Assembly (NCBI RefSeq): GCF_001194135.2
Contig: NC_068989.1
Coordinates: 75,380,234-75,424,763 of the forward strand
Direction of reading: 5' to 3'
Length of the DNA stretch: 44,530 nt
DNA from: Octopus bimaculoides
Lineage: Eukaryota
Shown here: piece after piece, positions 24,172 through 36,094 of the stretch
How positions within the stretch are numbered: position 1 is the stretch's first letter
Layout: each line of letters starts with the position of its first letter
The notes under the pieces: generated by a model
What the model was told of the DNA's origin: nothing
What the model saw: the letters and a program-made list of their open reading frames with translations, nothing else
Database searches by the model: none
Position numbers and translations under genes: made by a program

Positions 24172-25161
24172 TAATGTGGGGTTTTTTTTTTTAGATGTTA
24201 TGATTTTAAATTCTGCTTAGGTCAACTTTGTCTTTCATCCTTCTTCGGCTGATAAAAAAAAGAAAAGTACCAAACCAAGGTGGTCAATGGCAGAAACATT
24301 AATATATCAGATGAGAGTATGTTGAAATATTTGTTCTGGTTTTTTAATGTTCTGAGTTCAAATCCTGCCATAGTGTATGTGGGTAGTAAATTTTATCTGT
24401 CATCCATTTTAACTCTACCACCTGGTCTTTGGGCTGCCTTTAGCACAATCCACTAAGTTGTAAGCATCTGAGTCAGGTTTTCAATTTAAAGATACTTCCC
24501 TCTTTTCCTTTCCAACATCATTGGAGGCTCTGTAAAGGATTATGAGTATGGCTTTTCCTTCTTGACTAAATGATATAAGAGTATCCATCCATCCATCCAT
24601 CCATCCATCCATCTCTGTCTGTATGTATGTGTGTATGTGTTAAGAAGTCGATGAGCCCAAAAAGAAGATGGCACAGGATGGACAAGTCTTAACAAATGTT
24701 ATGATAATTTAATGCTTTAGAAGAATGGAGTATTAATGTTTTGGATACTAGGCCTTCATCATAAGAAAAAACTGAAGAAAAAAAGAAGATAAATAAGAGG
24801 AGAAAAGGGTGTATATCACATCTAGTTTTTTTTTGAATTTCCAAACATCAGATTGGATATGCAGTGCTTTTTGTAACCATAAACAGCTCTTGTCCAATAG
24901 CATTGAATGAGTAACCCACCCCACTCAAATGGTCCCTGAATAATGTTTGTTTAAGGATGTTGAGCAAAACACCCATGTTTCCAAAGGTGAATTATTCAAA
25001 CCCCAAAGAACTCCTCTCAACACATGGCTATGATGCTCCCCCACTACTTCTGCTCATGATCAGAGATGCACATATCGTCAGCCACCAAGGGACATGCTCA
25101 ACTGGTTAAGGTCTGACAACTGACAAGCAAACCTGTGGTATTAAGCAGCATATTTACTGTA

Positions 25162-25196
<35 letters not shown>

Positions 25197-25807
25197 NNNN
25201 NNNNNNNNNNNNNNNNNNNNNNNNNNNNNNNNNNNNNNNNNNNNNNNNNNNNNNNNNNNNNNNNNNNNNNNNNNNNNNNNNNNNNNNNNNNNNNNNNNNN
25301 NNNNNNNNNNNNNNNNNNNNNNNNNNNNNNNNNNNNNNNNNNNNNNNNNNNNNNNNNNNNNNNNNNNNNNNNNNNNNNNNNNNNNNNNNNNNNNNNNNNN
25401 NNNNNNNNNNNNNNNNNNNNNNNNNNNNNNNNNNNNNNNNNNNNNNNNNNNNNNNNNNNNNNNNNNNNNNNNNNNNNNNNNNNNNNNNNNNNNNNNNNNN
25501 NNNNNNNNNNNNNNNNNNNNNNNNNNNNNNNNNNNNNNNNNNNNNNNNNNNNNNNNNNNNNNNNNNNNNNNNNNNNNNNNNNNNNNNNNNNNNNNNNNNN
25601 NNNNNNNNNNNNNNNNNNNNNNNNNNNNNNNNNNNNNNNNNNNNNNNNNNNNNNNNNNNNNNNNNNNNNNNNNNNNNNNNNNNNNNNNNNNNNNNNNNNN
25701 NNNNNNNNNNNNNNNNNNNNNNNNNNNNNNNNNNNNNNNNNNNNNNNNNNNNNNNNNNNNNNNNNNNNNNNNNNNNNNNNNNNNNNNNNNNNNNNNNNNN
25801 NNNNNNN

Positions 25808-26260
25808 ACCACCACCACCACTACCACCACCACCACCACCACCACTACCACCACCACCACCACCACCATTACCATTGTTATCACTACTTTCATCATCGAT
25901 CACCATCATCACTGTTGTCATAATCATTATTGCCATCATCATCATCATAATCACCCTCATCATCATAATCGTCATCATCATCATCATCATTATCATAATC
26001 GTCATCATCATCATAATCGTCATCATCGTGATCATCATCATAATCGTGATCACCATCATCATCATAACCATCATCATAATGATGATCGTCATCGTCGTCG
26101 TCATCATCATCATAATCATAGTCATGATGATCATCACCATATTTGCTATCATTACCAGTCACCATCATCATCATCATCATCATCCTCATCATCATCATCA
26201 TCATAATCATTGTCGTCCTCCATCATTAAACATCATTGTCATAATCCATCCTTGTTACAA
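25808..26260. repeat. Compound (CAC)n to (CAT)n trinucleotide tract
   Basis: Direct reading; source of the poly-His, poly-Ile and poly-Asp ORFs. Confidence 0.95.
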
Positions 26261-26682
26261 TCATCATTGTCATCTTGCCACAGTCCATCGTCTCACCGAG
26301 CAGTCCACTTGCAATGCCACCTTCCTTTTGTTTCACTGCAGTCCATCCACTCACACCGTAGTCCTCCGCACTTAGCCACTAGCTATGGTCCTTTGTTTTA
26401 CAACCCATCATAACCCTTCATCATTTAATCCATACACCAACAGAAAACAACTGGCTAACCATTATTCTGAATACATATTTTCTATGTTACAATGAGTTTT
26501 GGTGGATATCATTACCTTTCAGTAATCTGTTTTCTGTGTTTATTTTAATCCTGTTCTTTGCTATCTCTCTCTCTCTCTTCCCCCACCACCTCCTCTTCTG
26601 GTCCTTTCACAATGTAACCTCGTGGGCATCGGTACCATTTTCCTCTTCCTCCGTTTTTCCATTCTCCAAACTTTCCATCTTT

Positions 26683-26709
26683 CCGACGAAGGGCTCTGCC
26701 CGAAACGTC
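26683..26709 (+). ncRNA. Degenerate minimal hammerhead-like motif in a Penelope-like repeat
   Basis: CCGACGA-A-GGGC-TCT-GCCC-GAAA-CG-TC: stem II intact, palindromic ACGT, GUC site; U4 is C and stem I pairs poorly. The downstream TTTCCTTTCC.GAGCGTCCAATAACAC recurs at 40061-40135. Confidence 0.4.
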
Positions 26710-27317
26710 ATACACTCTCTCTTTCCTTTCCCGAGCGTCCAATAACACTATCCGTATCACGTCCTCACTTTGTTGTTTTTTTGTTATTGTTTTTTGTGTT
26801 TTTTTGAACTTATATATATATATATATATATATNNNNNNNNNNNNNNNNNNNNNNNNNNNNNNNNNNNNNNNNNNNNNNNNNNNNNNNNNNNNNNNNNNN
26901 NNNNNNNNNNNNNNNNNNNNNNNNNNNNNNNNNNNNNNNNNNNNNNNNNNNNNNNNNNNNNNNNNNNNNNNNNNNNNNNNNNNNNNNNNNNNNNNNNNNN
27001 NNNNNNNNNNNNNNNNNNNNNNNNNNNNNNNNNNNNNNNNNNNNNNNNNNNNNNNNNNNNNNNNNNNNNNNNNNNNNNNNNNNNNNNNNNNNNNNNNNNN
27101 NNNNNNNNNNNNNNNNNNNNNNNNNNNNNNNNNNNNNNNNNNNNNNNNNNNNNNNNNNNNNNNNNNNNNNNNNNNNNNNNNNNNNNNNNNNNNNNNNNNN
27201 NNNNNNNNNNNNNNNNNNNNNNNNNNNNNNNNNNNNNNNNNNNNNNNNNNNNNNNNNNNNNNNNNNNNNNNNNNNNNNNNNNNNNNNNNNNNNNNNNNNN
27301 NNNNNNNNNNNNNNNNN

Positions 27318-27556
27318 ACGTGATAAAACACCATTTGAGCGTGGCTGTTGCCAGTACCGCCAGACTGGCCCTTGTGCCAGTGGCACGTAAAAAGCACCCA
27401 CTACACTCTCAGAGTAGTTGGCGTTAGGAAGGGCATCCAGCTGTAGAAACTCTGCCAGATCAGATTGGAGTCTGGTGTAACCATCTGGTTCACCAGTCCC
27501 CAGTCAAATCGTCCAACCCATGCTAGCATGGAAAGTAGACGTTAAACGATGATGAT
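27318..27556 (+). mobile_element. Family-D element (5' end in gap)
   Basis: One internal unit, GGAAGGGCATCC, CCATGCTAGCATGG, (GAT)n. Confidence 0.88.
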
Positions 27557-27564
27557 ATATATAT

Positions 27565-27962
27565 TACTCTTTTACGTGTTTCAGTCATTTTGACTGCGGC
27601 CATGCTGGAGCCACCGCCTTCAGTCAAACAAATCAACCCCAAGACTTATTCTTTGGAAGCCTAGTACTTAATTCTTTGTAAGCTTAATACTTATTCTATC
27701 GGTCTCTTTTGCTGAACTGCTAAATTTCGGGGACGTAAACACACCAACATTGGTTGTCAAGTGATGATGAGAGGACAAACACATATATATACACATATAC
27801 GATGGGCTTCTTTCAGTTTCTGTCTATCAAATCCACTCACAAAGCTTTGGCTGGCCTGAGGCTATTGTAGAGGACACTTGCCCAAGGTGTCACGCAATGG
27901 AACTGAACCTGGAACCATGTGGTTGGGAAGCAAGTTTCTCACCACACAGCCACTCCTGCACC
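27565..27962 (-). mobile_element. Full-length family-A SINE
   Basis: Collinear with 23765-24171. Confidence 0.9.
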
Positions 27963-28135
27963 TTTATTTTTTAAAAATATAATGTTTGCCACTGTTTGGT
28001 CTTTTGGTGGTGAATTGTGAATATTACGTAGTGGCTATCTGTGGTTTATTTTACTGAAATAAGGAAGTCTTCTAGCCATGGAAAAAAGAAATATAAAAAA
28101 AAAACTCCACCAAAATCACATAAAAATGTCTTCAC

Positions 28136-28183
28136 CTCCTCTCCATTTTGACCAATCCTAACATTCAAGGTCGTTATTAAACC
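28136..28183 (-). CDS. Candidate exon (48 nt, GLITTLNVRIGQNGEE; or a terminal exon ...FNNDLEC*); unverified
   Basis: About 45-nt T-rich tract ending TTTTCAG at 28184-28230 on the minus strand; donor GTGAAG; AATAAA downstream near 28046-28051. Confidence 0.3.
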
Positions 28184-29180
28184 CTGAAAATAAAACAAGA
28201 TAAAGAAATAAATCAGGAAATAAAGAAATAATTTATGTCTGTAGTTTATCAGCATTTCTTATCTTACACGTGACATCAATTAGTGAATGAATTCTTTTAA
28301 TTTTTTTTATTTTTCTTCTCAGTTTTCAAAATATCTAAACTGTTTTACTATGTTTTAAAAAATTTGTTAAGTTTAAAAAAAAAATGATATAAAATAAATT
28401 TTTCTTTAAAAAAATAACAAAAACAAAATTCATTCTTAATTCTTATTTATTTCATTTGCTTCTGAAACCTCAAGCAAAACAAATAATAATAATAATAAGA
28501 AGAAGAAGAAGAAGAAAGGAAAAAGAAAAATGTATTTATTTTGGCTCTGGGTTTCACATGGCATTTTTTAAGAAAAAATAATTTTTTTATTAAAATTACT
28601 GCAACTTTCAAGTGAAAAATTTGTTTTCTCTTGGAATTGAACCAATATTTTTCAGAAGAGGAGGAGGAGGAATCCTCGTCGTTGTCGTCATCGTCATCAT
28701 TTAATGTCTGTTCTCCATGCTGGCATGGGTCGGACAGTTCAACAGGAGCTTGCAAGCCATAGGACTGCACCAAGCTCTAATATTTTCTTTGATATGGTGT
28801 CTGGAATGCTTTTTTTTTTATGTGGTAGTGGCACCAGTAAAAAAACAACTGTTTTAATCGACCCTTGTATATCACTGGTACCACTTGTATCACTCACTCA
28901 CCTCCACTCCCCACACTTCTCTCCCTAGGCTTAAAAACAAAGTTGATGTTAATAAGATTTGAAATAAGAAATGTAGAATCATGAAACTAAATACTGTGAA
29001 GCATTTATCTCCAGTTGTATGCTTTACTGTATATACCTGCACTCAGTAAAAATTAACACCAGTCTTTTTTGACTGGGGCAGATTTCATTAACCCTTGAAG
29101 ACAAAGGATTTGAAATTATGATATAATTTTGTATAGCAAGGAATTCAATCCTTTATTCGATTTCTGCTGTTTCCACTACT

Positions 29181-29219
<39 letters not shown>

Positions 29220-29330
29220 TTAATAATAATAATAATAATAAAATTAATAATAATAATAAAATTAATAATAATAATAATAATAATAAAATTAATAATAATC
29301 ATAATAATAATAATAAAATTAATAATAATC

Positions 29331-29363
<33 letters not shown>

Positions 29364-29447
29364 TTAATAATAATAATAATAATAAAATTAATAATAATAA
29401 TAATAATAAAATTAATAATAATAATAATAATAAAATTAATAATAATC

Positions 29448-29521
<74 letters not shown>

Positions 29522-29860
29522 TCATTCTTTTGTTAGCCACAAGGGCTCACATACAACAACATTAAAGGACATGTAACAACATAAAAGACAAAAAACAGGA
29601 TGATACAATGGGTTTTCCGTGTGTAAACAATATAAATAACAATTGAAATTAAACAAATTAAACTCCCAATAGGGGAGGCACTGTAAGGTCCTCGTGGAAA
29701 AACTCAGAAAAGCAGAGCCCTTCTCCTTTTATATTTCACAGGTGTATGCTCAGAGTTAGTCCTTTCACACTGGCCATTCCAACATTCACCCACCTTTTAA
29801 CAAACTTGCTACAAGGCAACACTTCCCTTTCCACCCTCAACTTAATAATTTCTAATTTAG
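29181..29860 (-). mobile_element. Tx1/L1-type LINE 3' fragment with a long (TTA)n tail
   Basis: ORF end RVEREVLPCSKFVKRWVNVGMASVKGLTLSIHL* (29837-29736), about 210-bp 3' UTR, then about 340 bp of interrupted trinucleotide tail. Tx1 assignment from memory of the E....F...W C-terminus. Confidence 0.65.
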
Positions 29861-30075
29861 GCAAAAGGCTAGCAATTTATTGGAAGGAAATGCTTAATTG
29901 TATCAATTCTTATGTACTGCCATAGTGATGTCATAAGACTATATGGGAAAATACATGTCTTACTGTTGAAACAGCTTCTGGAAAAGCTGTAAATATATTT
30001 GTTGCTTTTGAATTTAAGATGACTAACTATTTGTACCCCACCTTCTTTTTTTCTTTTCCATTCATCTTTATAAAG

Positions 30076-30420
30076 GACTGGCTCTTGTGCGGGTGGCACA
30101 TAAGATGCACCATTTTGAGCGTGGCCGTTGCCAGTACCGCCTGACTGGCTTCCGTCGGATTTTCGAGCGAGATCATTGCCAGTGCCCCTGGACTGGCCAG
30201 TATCGCCTGACTGGCCTTCGTGCAGGTGACACGTAAAAGCACCTACTACACTCTCTGAGTGGTTGGCGTTAGGAAAGGCATCCAGCTGTAGAAACTCTGC
30301 CAAATTTAGATTGGAGCCTGGTGTTGCCATCCAGTTTCACCAGTCCTCAGTCAAGTCGTCCAACCCATGCTAGCATGGAAAGCGTACGTTAAACGATGAT
30401 AATGATGATGATGATGTTGT
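30076..30420 (+). mobile_element. Family-D element
   Basis: Two to three internal units and the standard tail. Confidence 0.88.
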
Positions 30421-30632
30421 TTCAATGTCAACAAATATTTCAGGGTTAAAGAGGCTGGTCTTCAGGGCTTGTATTGAGACATAGGGAGCATTGTTCTTTT
30501 GGCATGACATGATTGGGTGCAGCAGTCTGAATGCTGGTGATTTGGCATGACTGGCCTGGACATTGAGCCTGTTTTGGCAGACAGTACTTTACAGTGCTAG
30601 AAGCAAACATGTACACGTACGCATGCATGCAT

Positions 30633-30670
<38 letters not shown>

Positions 30671-31094
30671 GAATGTGGCACAGAAATGTAGACATATAGA
30701 AAGAGTGAGAGAGGGAGAAATTGGAAGACAGAAAGAGAGAGAGAGACATTGCAATTTATCAATTGGATGCAGACTTAAACACACAGAAATATGTTCACAC
30801 ACATAGTGAGAGAGGGGAAAAAGAGAGAGAGGAAGAGAGTCAGAGGGCTGGAAACATTGAAAGAGAGAGAGAGAGAAAGGGAGCGAGAAGCATTACAAGT
30901 CATTAATTGAACACAATTGACATAAACACATAAAGAGAATTATATACTCGCTTCCAGTGCCAAAAAAAGTACTGTCACCAATGCAAGTTCCATATCCAGG
31001 CAGCTGTGCCAAATTGTCAGCATCGAAACAGCTGTAGCCAATGTCTTATTCTGTCCTGGTGCAGTGTTGTGAAATACATCTCGGTTGTGGCCAC

Positions 31095-31290
31095 TTGATG
31101 ATGATGATGATGATGATGGTGAGGGTGGTGGTGGGGATGATGGTGGTGGTGGTGGTGATGATGATGATGGAAGTGAAGAAGATTATGATGATGGTGATGG
31201 TGTGGATAATGATGATGATGGTGGTAGCAGTGAGGATGATGATAGTGTTGGTGGTAGTGATGGTGGTGATGAAGAGGAAGGAGATGTTAG
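31095..31290. repeat. (GAT)n/(GGT)n compound microsatellite
   Basis: Direct reading. Confidence 0.92.
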
Positions 31291-31474
31291 CCTTCGGTTC
31301 CCATCTAACCTGACTGAATGAAAGACGAGAGGACAAAGACAATATTTGAACTCGAAATTTGGAATTATGGACGCAATAAATTCAAAGTAGATTCAGTAAA
31401 AGTTTCTAGAATCCAGCTCTTCGTTGCAGTGCAAAAAATATGCCTCATCAGATGAAAAAAAAAAAAAAAAAATG

Positions 31475-32010
31475 GGCGTAGGAGTGGCTGTGTGGTAAGT
31501 AGCTTGCTTACCAACTACATGATTCTGGGTTCAGTCCCACTGCATGGCACCTTGGGCAAATGTCTTCTACTATAGCCTTGGGCCGACCAAAGCCTTGTGA
31601 GTGGATTTGGTAGACGGAAACTAAAAGAAGCCCATCGTATANNNNNNNNNNNNNNNNNNNNNNNNNNNNNNNNNNNNNNNNNNNNNNNNNNNNNNNNNNN
31701 NNNNNNNNNNNNNNNNNNNNNNNNNNNNNNNNNNNNNNNNNNNNNNNNNNNNNNNNNNNNNNNNNNNNNNNNNNNNNNNNNNNNNNNNNNNNNNNNNNNN
31801 NNNNNNNNNNNNNNNNNNNNNNNNNNNNNCCACCATCGCTTGACAACCGAAGCTGGTGTGTTTACGTCCCCGTAACTTAGCGGTTCGGCAAAAGAGACCG
31901 ATAGAATAAGTACTAGGCTTACAAAGAATAAGTCCTGGGGTCGATTTGCTCGACTAAAGGCGGTGCTCCAGCATGGCCGCAGTCAAATGACTGAAACAAG
32001 TAAAAAAGAA
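31475..32010 (+). mobile_element. Young family-A SINE; the assembly gap replaces its internal microsatellite
   Basis: Near-intact head 31475-31641 and CpG-rich tail 31830-32010 on either side of gap 31642-31829. Confidence 0.93.
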
Positions 32011-33369
32011 AAAAAATGAAAAAAATTAAATTAAAAAGATGTCAAAGTAAATTTTTAATTATTGTATCCATGTTAGCTGTTTGTTGTTGTCTGTGTCATT
32101 AGTGGATGACTGAATTTTTTTTTTGTTTTTTTGCCTAATTAATTTGTTGGCCTACTCAACTGTTGCTGGTAATTATAGTTTTATAGATATTCCTTGAAAC
32201 AGCCATTGGGATTGCCCTCTACTTCTACCAGCAACAACACCACCACCGTCGCTGCCATCACAACTACAACCACAGTAATACTACGAGTACTATTACCAGC
32301 ACTATCGGCAATTCTATGACCATGACTACCACCACAGAACTACTACTGCTACTGCTGCTGCTGCTACTCGTAGTAGTAATAGCATCCTCACCACTACCAA
32401 CACCACCACCACCACCACCCTCACCACCACCACCACCCTNNNNNNNNNNNNNNNNNNNNNNNNNNNNNNNNNNNNNNNNNNNNNNNNNNNNNNNNNNNNN
32501 NNNNNNNNNNNNNNNNNNNNNNNNNNNNNNNNNNNNNNNNNNNNNNNNNNNNNNNNNNNNNNNNNNNNNNNNNNNNNNNNNNNNNNNNNNNNNNNNNNNN
32601 NNNNNNNNNNNNNNNNNNNNNNNNNNNNNNNNNNNNNNNNNNNNNNNNNNNNNNNNNNNNNNNNNNNNNNNNNNNNNNNNNNNNNNNNNNNNNNNNNNNN
32701 NNNNNNNNNNNNNNNNNNNNNNNNNNNNNNNNNNNNNNNNNNNNNNNNNNNNNNNNNNNNNNNNNNNNNNNNNNNNNNNNNNNNNNNNNNNNNNNNNNNN
32801 NNNNNNNNNNNNNNNNNNNNNNNNNNNNNNNNNNNNNNNNNNNNNNNNNNNNNNNNNNNNNNNNNNNNNNNNNNNNNNNNNNNNNNNNNNNNNNNNNNNN
32901 NNNNNNNNNNNNNNNNNNNNNNNNNNNNNNNNNNNNNNNNNNNNNNNNNNNNNNNNNNNNNNNNNNNNNNNNNNNNNNNNNNNNNNNNNNNNNNNNNNNN
33001 NNNNNNNNNNNNNNNNNNNNNNNNNNNNNNNNNNNNNNNNNNNNNNNNNNNNNNNNNNNNNNNNNNNNNNNNNNNNNNNNNNNNNNNNNNNNNNNNNNNN
33101 NNNNNNNNNNNNNNNNNNNNNNNNNNNNNNNNNNNNNNNNNNNNNNNNNNNNNNNNNNNNNNNNNNNNNNNNNNNNNNNNNNNNNNNNNNNNNNNNNNNN
33201 NNNNNNNNNNNNNNNNATAATTCTCTTTATGTGTTTTATGTCAATGAACATAAAAAGAGGGGAGGGTATATTGGATAAGGTAATGTGGTTCTCAAAATGC
33301 TGTTGGTCATAGTTTTGCTCCATCGGGGCTGACCTAGGGCTATAGAACAACAACAACAATGACAATTAT

Positions 33370-33760
33370 TACTCTTTTACTTGTTTCAGTCATTTTACTG
33401 TGGCCATGCTGGAGCACCGCTTTTTAGTCGAGCAAATCGACCCCAGGACTTATTCTTTGTAAGCCTAGTACTTATTCTATCGGTCTCTTTTGCCGAACCG
33501 CTAAGTTACATGGGACGTAAACACACCAGCATCAGTTGTCAAGCGATGTTGTGGGGGGCAAACACAGACACACAAACATATACACACACACACACATATC
33601 CTTCACCCCGCTCCACTTCTCTCGACTCTCCATCCCCCTAGTGGCATGTCATCCATCTTTATGGTCTGAGTTCAAATTCCGCCATGGTCGACTTTGTCTT
33701 TCATCTTTTCCGGTCGATAAAATATGTACCAGTTGAATGCTGGGGTTGATATAACCGAGA
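33370..33760. mobile_element. Family-A tail (-, 33370-33600) and family-M fragment (+, 33650-33755)
   Basis: Direct matches. Confidence 0.82.
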
Positions 33761-34054
33761 AGGAAGAATTATTTATAGCTTCGTTTGTTTTCCGATCCCT
33801 TTGTCTCTTTCCATGGGTTTTCTCCCTATTCCTCTCAGAGATTTTGGCTTTAGTTTGAGCTTAAGCATTCACTGTATTTCACATTAGTAGTGAAAGCAAG
33901 ACAAACCTTCATCATCGGTACCTACAATTCCTCTATTTGCCTTGTGGTGTGTTGCTGACAGAATCATAAATGCATTGTCGAGTCAGCATTCCGTCTCGTA
34001 CGCTGAATACATAACAATGGACATGGGAGGAAAAGTATATGCATACATACATAC

Positions 34055-34158
<104 letters not shown>

Positions 34159-34518
34159 TACATGCATGTGTAAACACACACATGCACAATGTCAGTGTTG
34201 ATTATTAGATTTGTAAGCATTAAGCAAATGAGAACCAGATTTTTTGTCTGGTAGAACACTAGTTTATTGCGAGTAACTTTTCTTCTAAAAAAGCCCCGTT
34301 ATGATGTGTCAACAAGATAAAATGTGGTATGTAAAAATTTATAGAGTCTGACCTAGCGACTCAATGAAAAAACTGTGAGTGTAACTGCCTTCTTCTTGTT
34401 CTTCATGCAGCTGCAATTGAGATGCATTTCACCAGACTGCACCAGAAATCTCTGTCCTCATTCGCTATGGTAGCGCCGCAATTTCATGTTGTGTGTCTCT
34501 ATCAATAATAATCACTGA

Positions 34519-34930
34519 AGGCGCAGGTATGGCTGTGCGGTTAAAAAGCTTGCTTCCCAACCATGTGGTCTTTGGTTCTGTCTCATTGCATGGCACTTTG
34601 GGCAAGTGTCTTCTATGATTTTGGACCAGCTAAAGCTTTGTGGGTGGATTTGGTTGGCGGAAACTGACAGAAGCACTTAGTGTGTGTGTGTGTGAGTGAC
34701 ATCACATGATGGTTGTAAATGAGCATCGCGATCATACATACAGTGTTTGTTTCCAATCTTTCATGGAAAACATGTTTGGACATGGGAAATATTATCTTCA
34801 TTCGAAACAAATAAGATTGATGACAGGAAGGATATCCAGCCATAGAAAATCTGCTTCAACTAATTCCATCTGACCCATGCAGGCATGGAAAAGTGGAAGT
34901 TAAATGTTGATAATAATAATAATAATGATG
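34519..34930 (+). mobile_element. Family-A head with RTE-type tail 2
   Basis: GGCGCAGGTATGGCTGTGCGG head + CORE-like + (TG)n + GACAGGAAGGATATCC...CCATGCAGGCATGGAAAAG tail. Confidence 0.85.
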
Positions 34931-35102
34931 ATGATAATGATGGTGTGAGTGAGTGGTCTTCATCCCCTTTTAGAGTATGGAAGTCTCCAAAATATAACAT
35001 CTGATATGTCGTGGTGTTCAACTTAAAAGCAGAAGTCAGTGGTGTCTCTGTATAAACTCCTTAGCATTCAGATTATTCTGCCAAATCTAATGCTTGCTTA
35101 TT

Positions 35103-35316
35103 GATAAAATTCTGTGCAACACAGAATTTTGTCAGTGAACAGGTCACAGTCTCAAAGCGACGAAAATATTTTGTCAAATTAAATTTAAATGTTGAAGTGA
35201 ATCTAACAGTTTTTGTGTGTTATTTTTAATGGCTTATAAACACCTTCCACACTGCAATTGTTTTCGTTCCAGTACACAATCTCAGATCAGGTCACTTGCT
35301 ATGCAAGTACATCTCC
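35103..35316 (+). mobile_element. Short Penelope-like insert with a 5' inversion and hammerhead fold
   Basis: Flanked by CTTATT repeats (35097-35102, 35317-35322); 15-bp inverted repeat at its 5' end; hammerhead fold at 35125-35180. Confidence 0.6.
35125..35180 (+). ncRNA. Type I minimal hammerhead-like ribozyme with G3:C8 core
   Basis: AATTTTGTCA-GTGAACA-G-GTCAC-(9 nt)-GCGAC-GAAA-ATAT-TT-TGTCAAATT: stem I 8 pairs with one mismatch and one bulge, stem II 4 of 5 pairs, palindromic AATATT stem III. Confidence 0.55.
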
Positions 35317-36094
35317 CTTATTCCCATTGTTTTGTATTAATCCTGATTTATATTGTAGCTCTGAGATTTTGCTGATGTAATTGTTTATTTTTAGAATGAT
35401 ATTATAAGGGAGGTGTTAGAGGCCAGATCTGGTCAGTATAAACATAAAACAGGGAGAATATTTAGGCTCTGACATGGCTAGTTTGAATTCTAAAGGGTTT
35501 AACCAATAAGAGAAGATATCAGTAGAAAGTGTCCATGAATCACCTCTTTGGTCTTGTTCTCACATTATGAACTGCTTTGAGCTTTCATGAAAAGCCTGAT
35601 GTATGTATTTTCAAGGTGATCTTCAAGCTCTTTTTTCACAGTCTAGGCTTCAAGCTCTGTAGAAGGGAATGTTCTCTGCACATTGCCTAAAGGAGGTCAG
35701 CTTCATTAACTTTGAAATACTTGATTGCCAGATGTTTTGAAACTTATTAAAACCACTCCAGAATCTTTCTTACTGCCAGATGTGGTATAAGAAATCTTGT
35801 TCTCAGATCCTGTTGTCTAGGATTCCATATCTACTGAGTCATTTTCTATTCTAGGAAGTCTTCTTTGTATGGCAACAATTAAAAATAAATAGTGGTGGTG
35901 GTGGTGGTGTGGGAGATATGTGATTTGGTGATCAGAAAAATTTGTAGCTATAAAATCCTGCTTCAAATAAGTCTCCATCTAACCCATGGTAGCATAGAAA
36001 AATAGATGTTAAACCAGTGACTGAAGGACAATAACTTGGGATGGATTTCTGTGCCAGATTTTTTGTATGTTAACATATTTTTCTTTTAGTTTTT

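Larger units (their letters stand above)
35054..35502. mobile_element. piggyBac-type MITE interrupted at 35103-35316
   Basis: Ends ..CTCCTTAGCATTC and ..AATTCTAAAGGGTTAA; collinear with the reverse complement of 1657-1881 once the insert is removed. Confidence 0.75.

Noticed and set aside
25060-25095. Minus-strand CTGACGA as a hammerhead core
   Set aside because: No stem II followed by GAAA.
25808-26413. His-, Asp- or Ile-rich proteins
   Set aside because: All frames are translations of (CAC)/(CAT) microsatellite, with no splice or domain support.
29129-29536. Poly-Asn ORF
   Set aside because: It is the (AAT)n tail of the LINE fragment.
35560-35860. Tc1/mariner transposase N-terminal remnant (WF.KF..SGN) on the minus strand
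   Set aside because: Needs several frameshifts and stop read-throughs, and no TIR or TA TSD was found.
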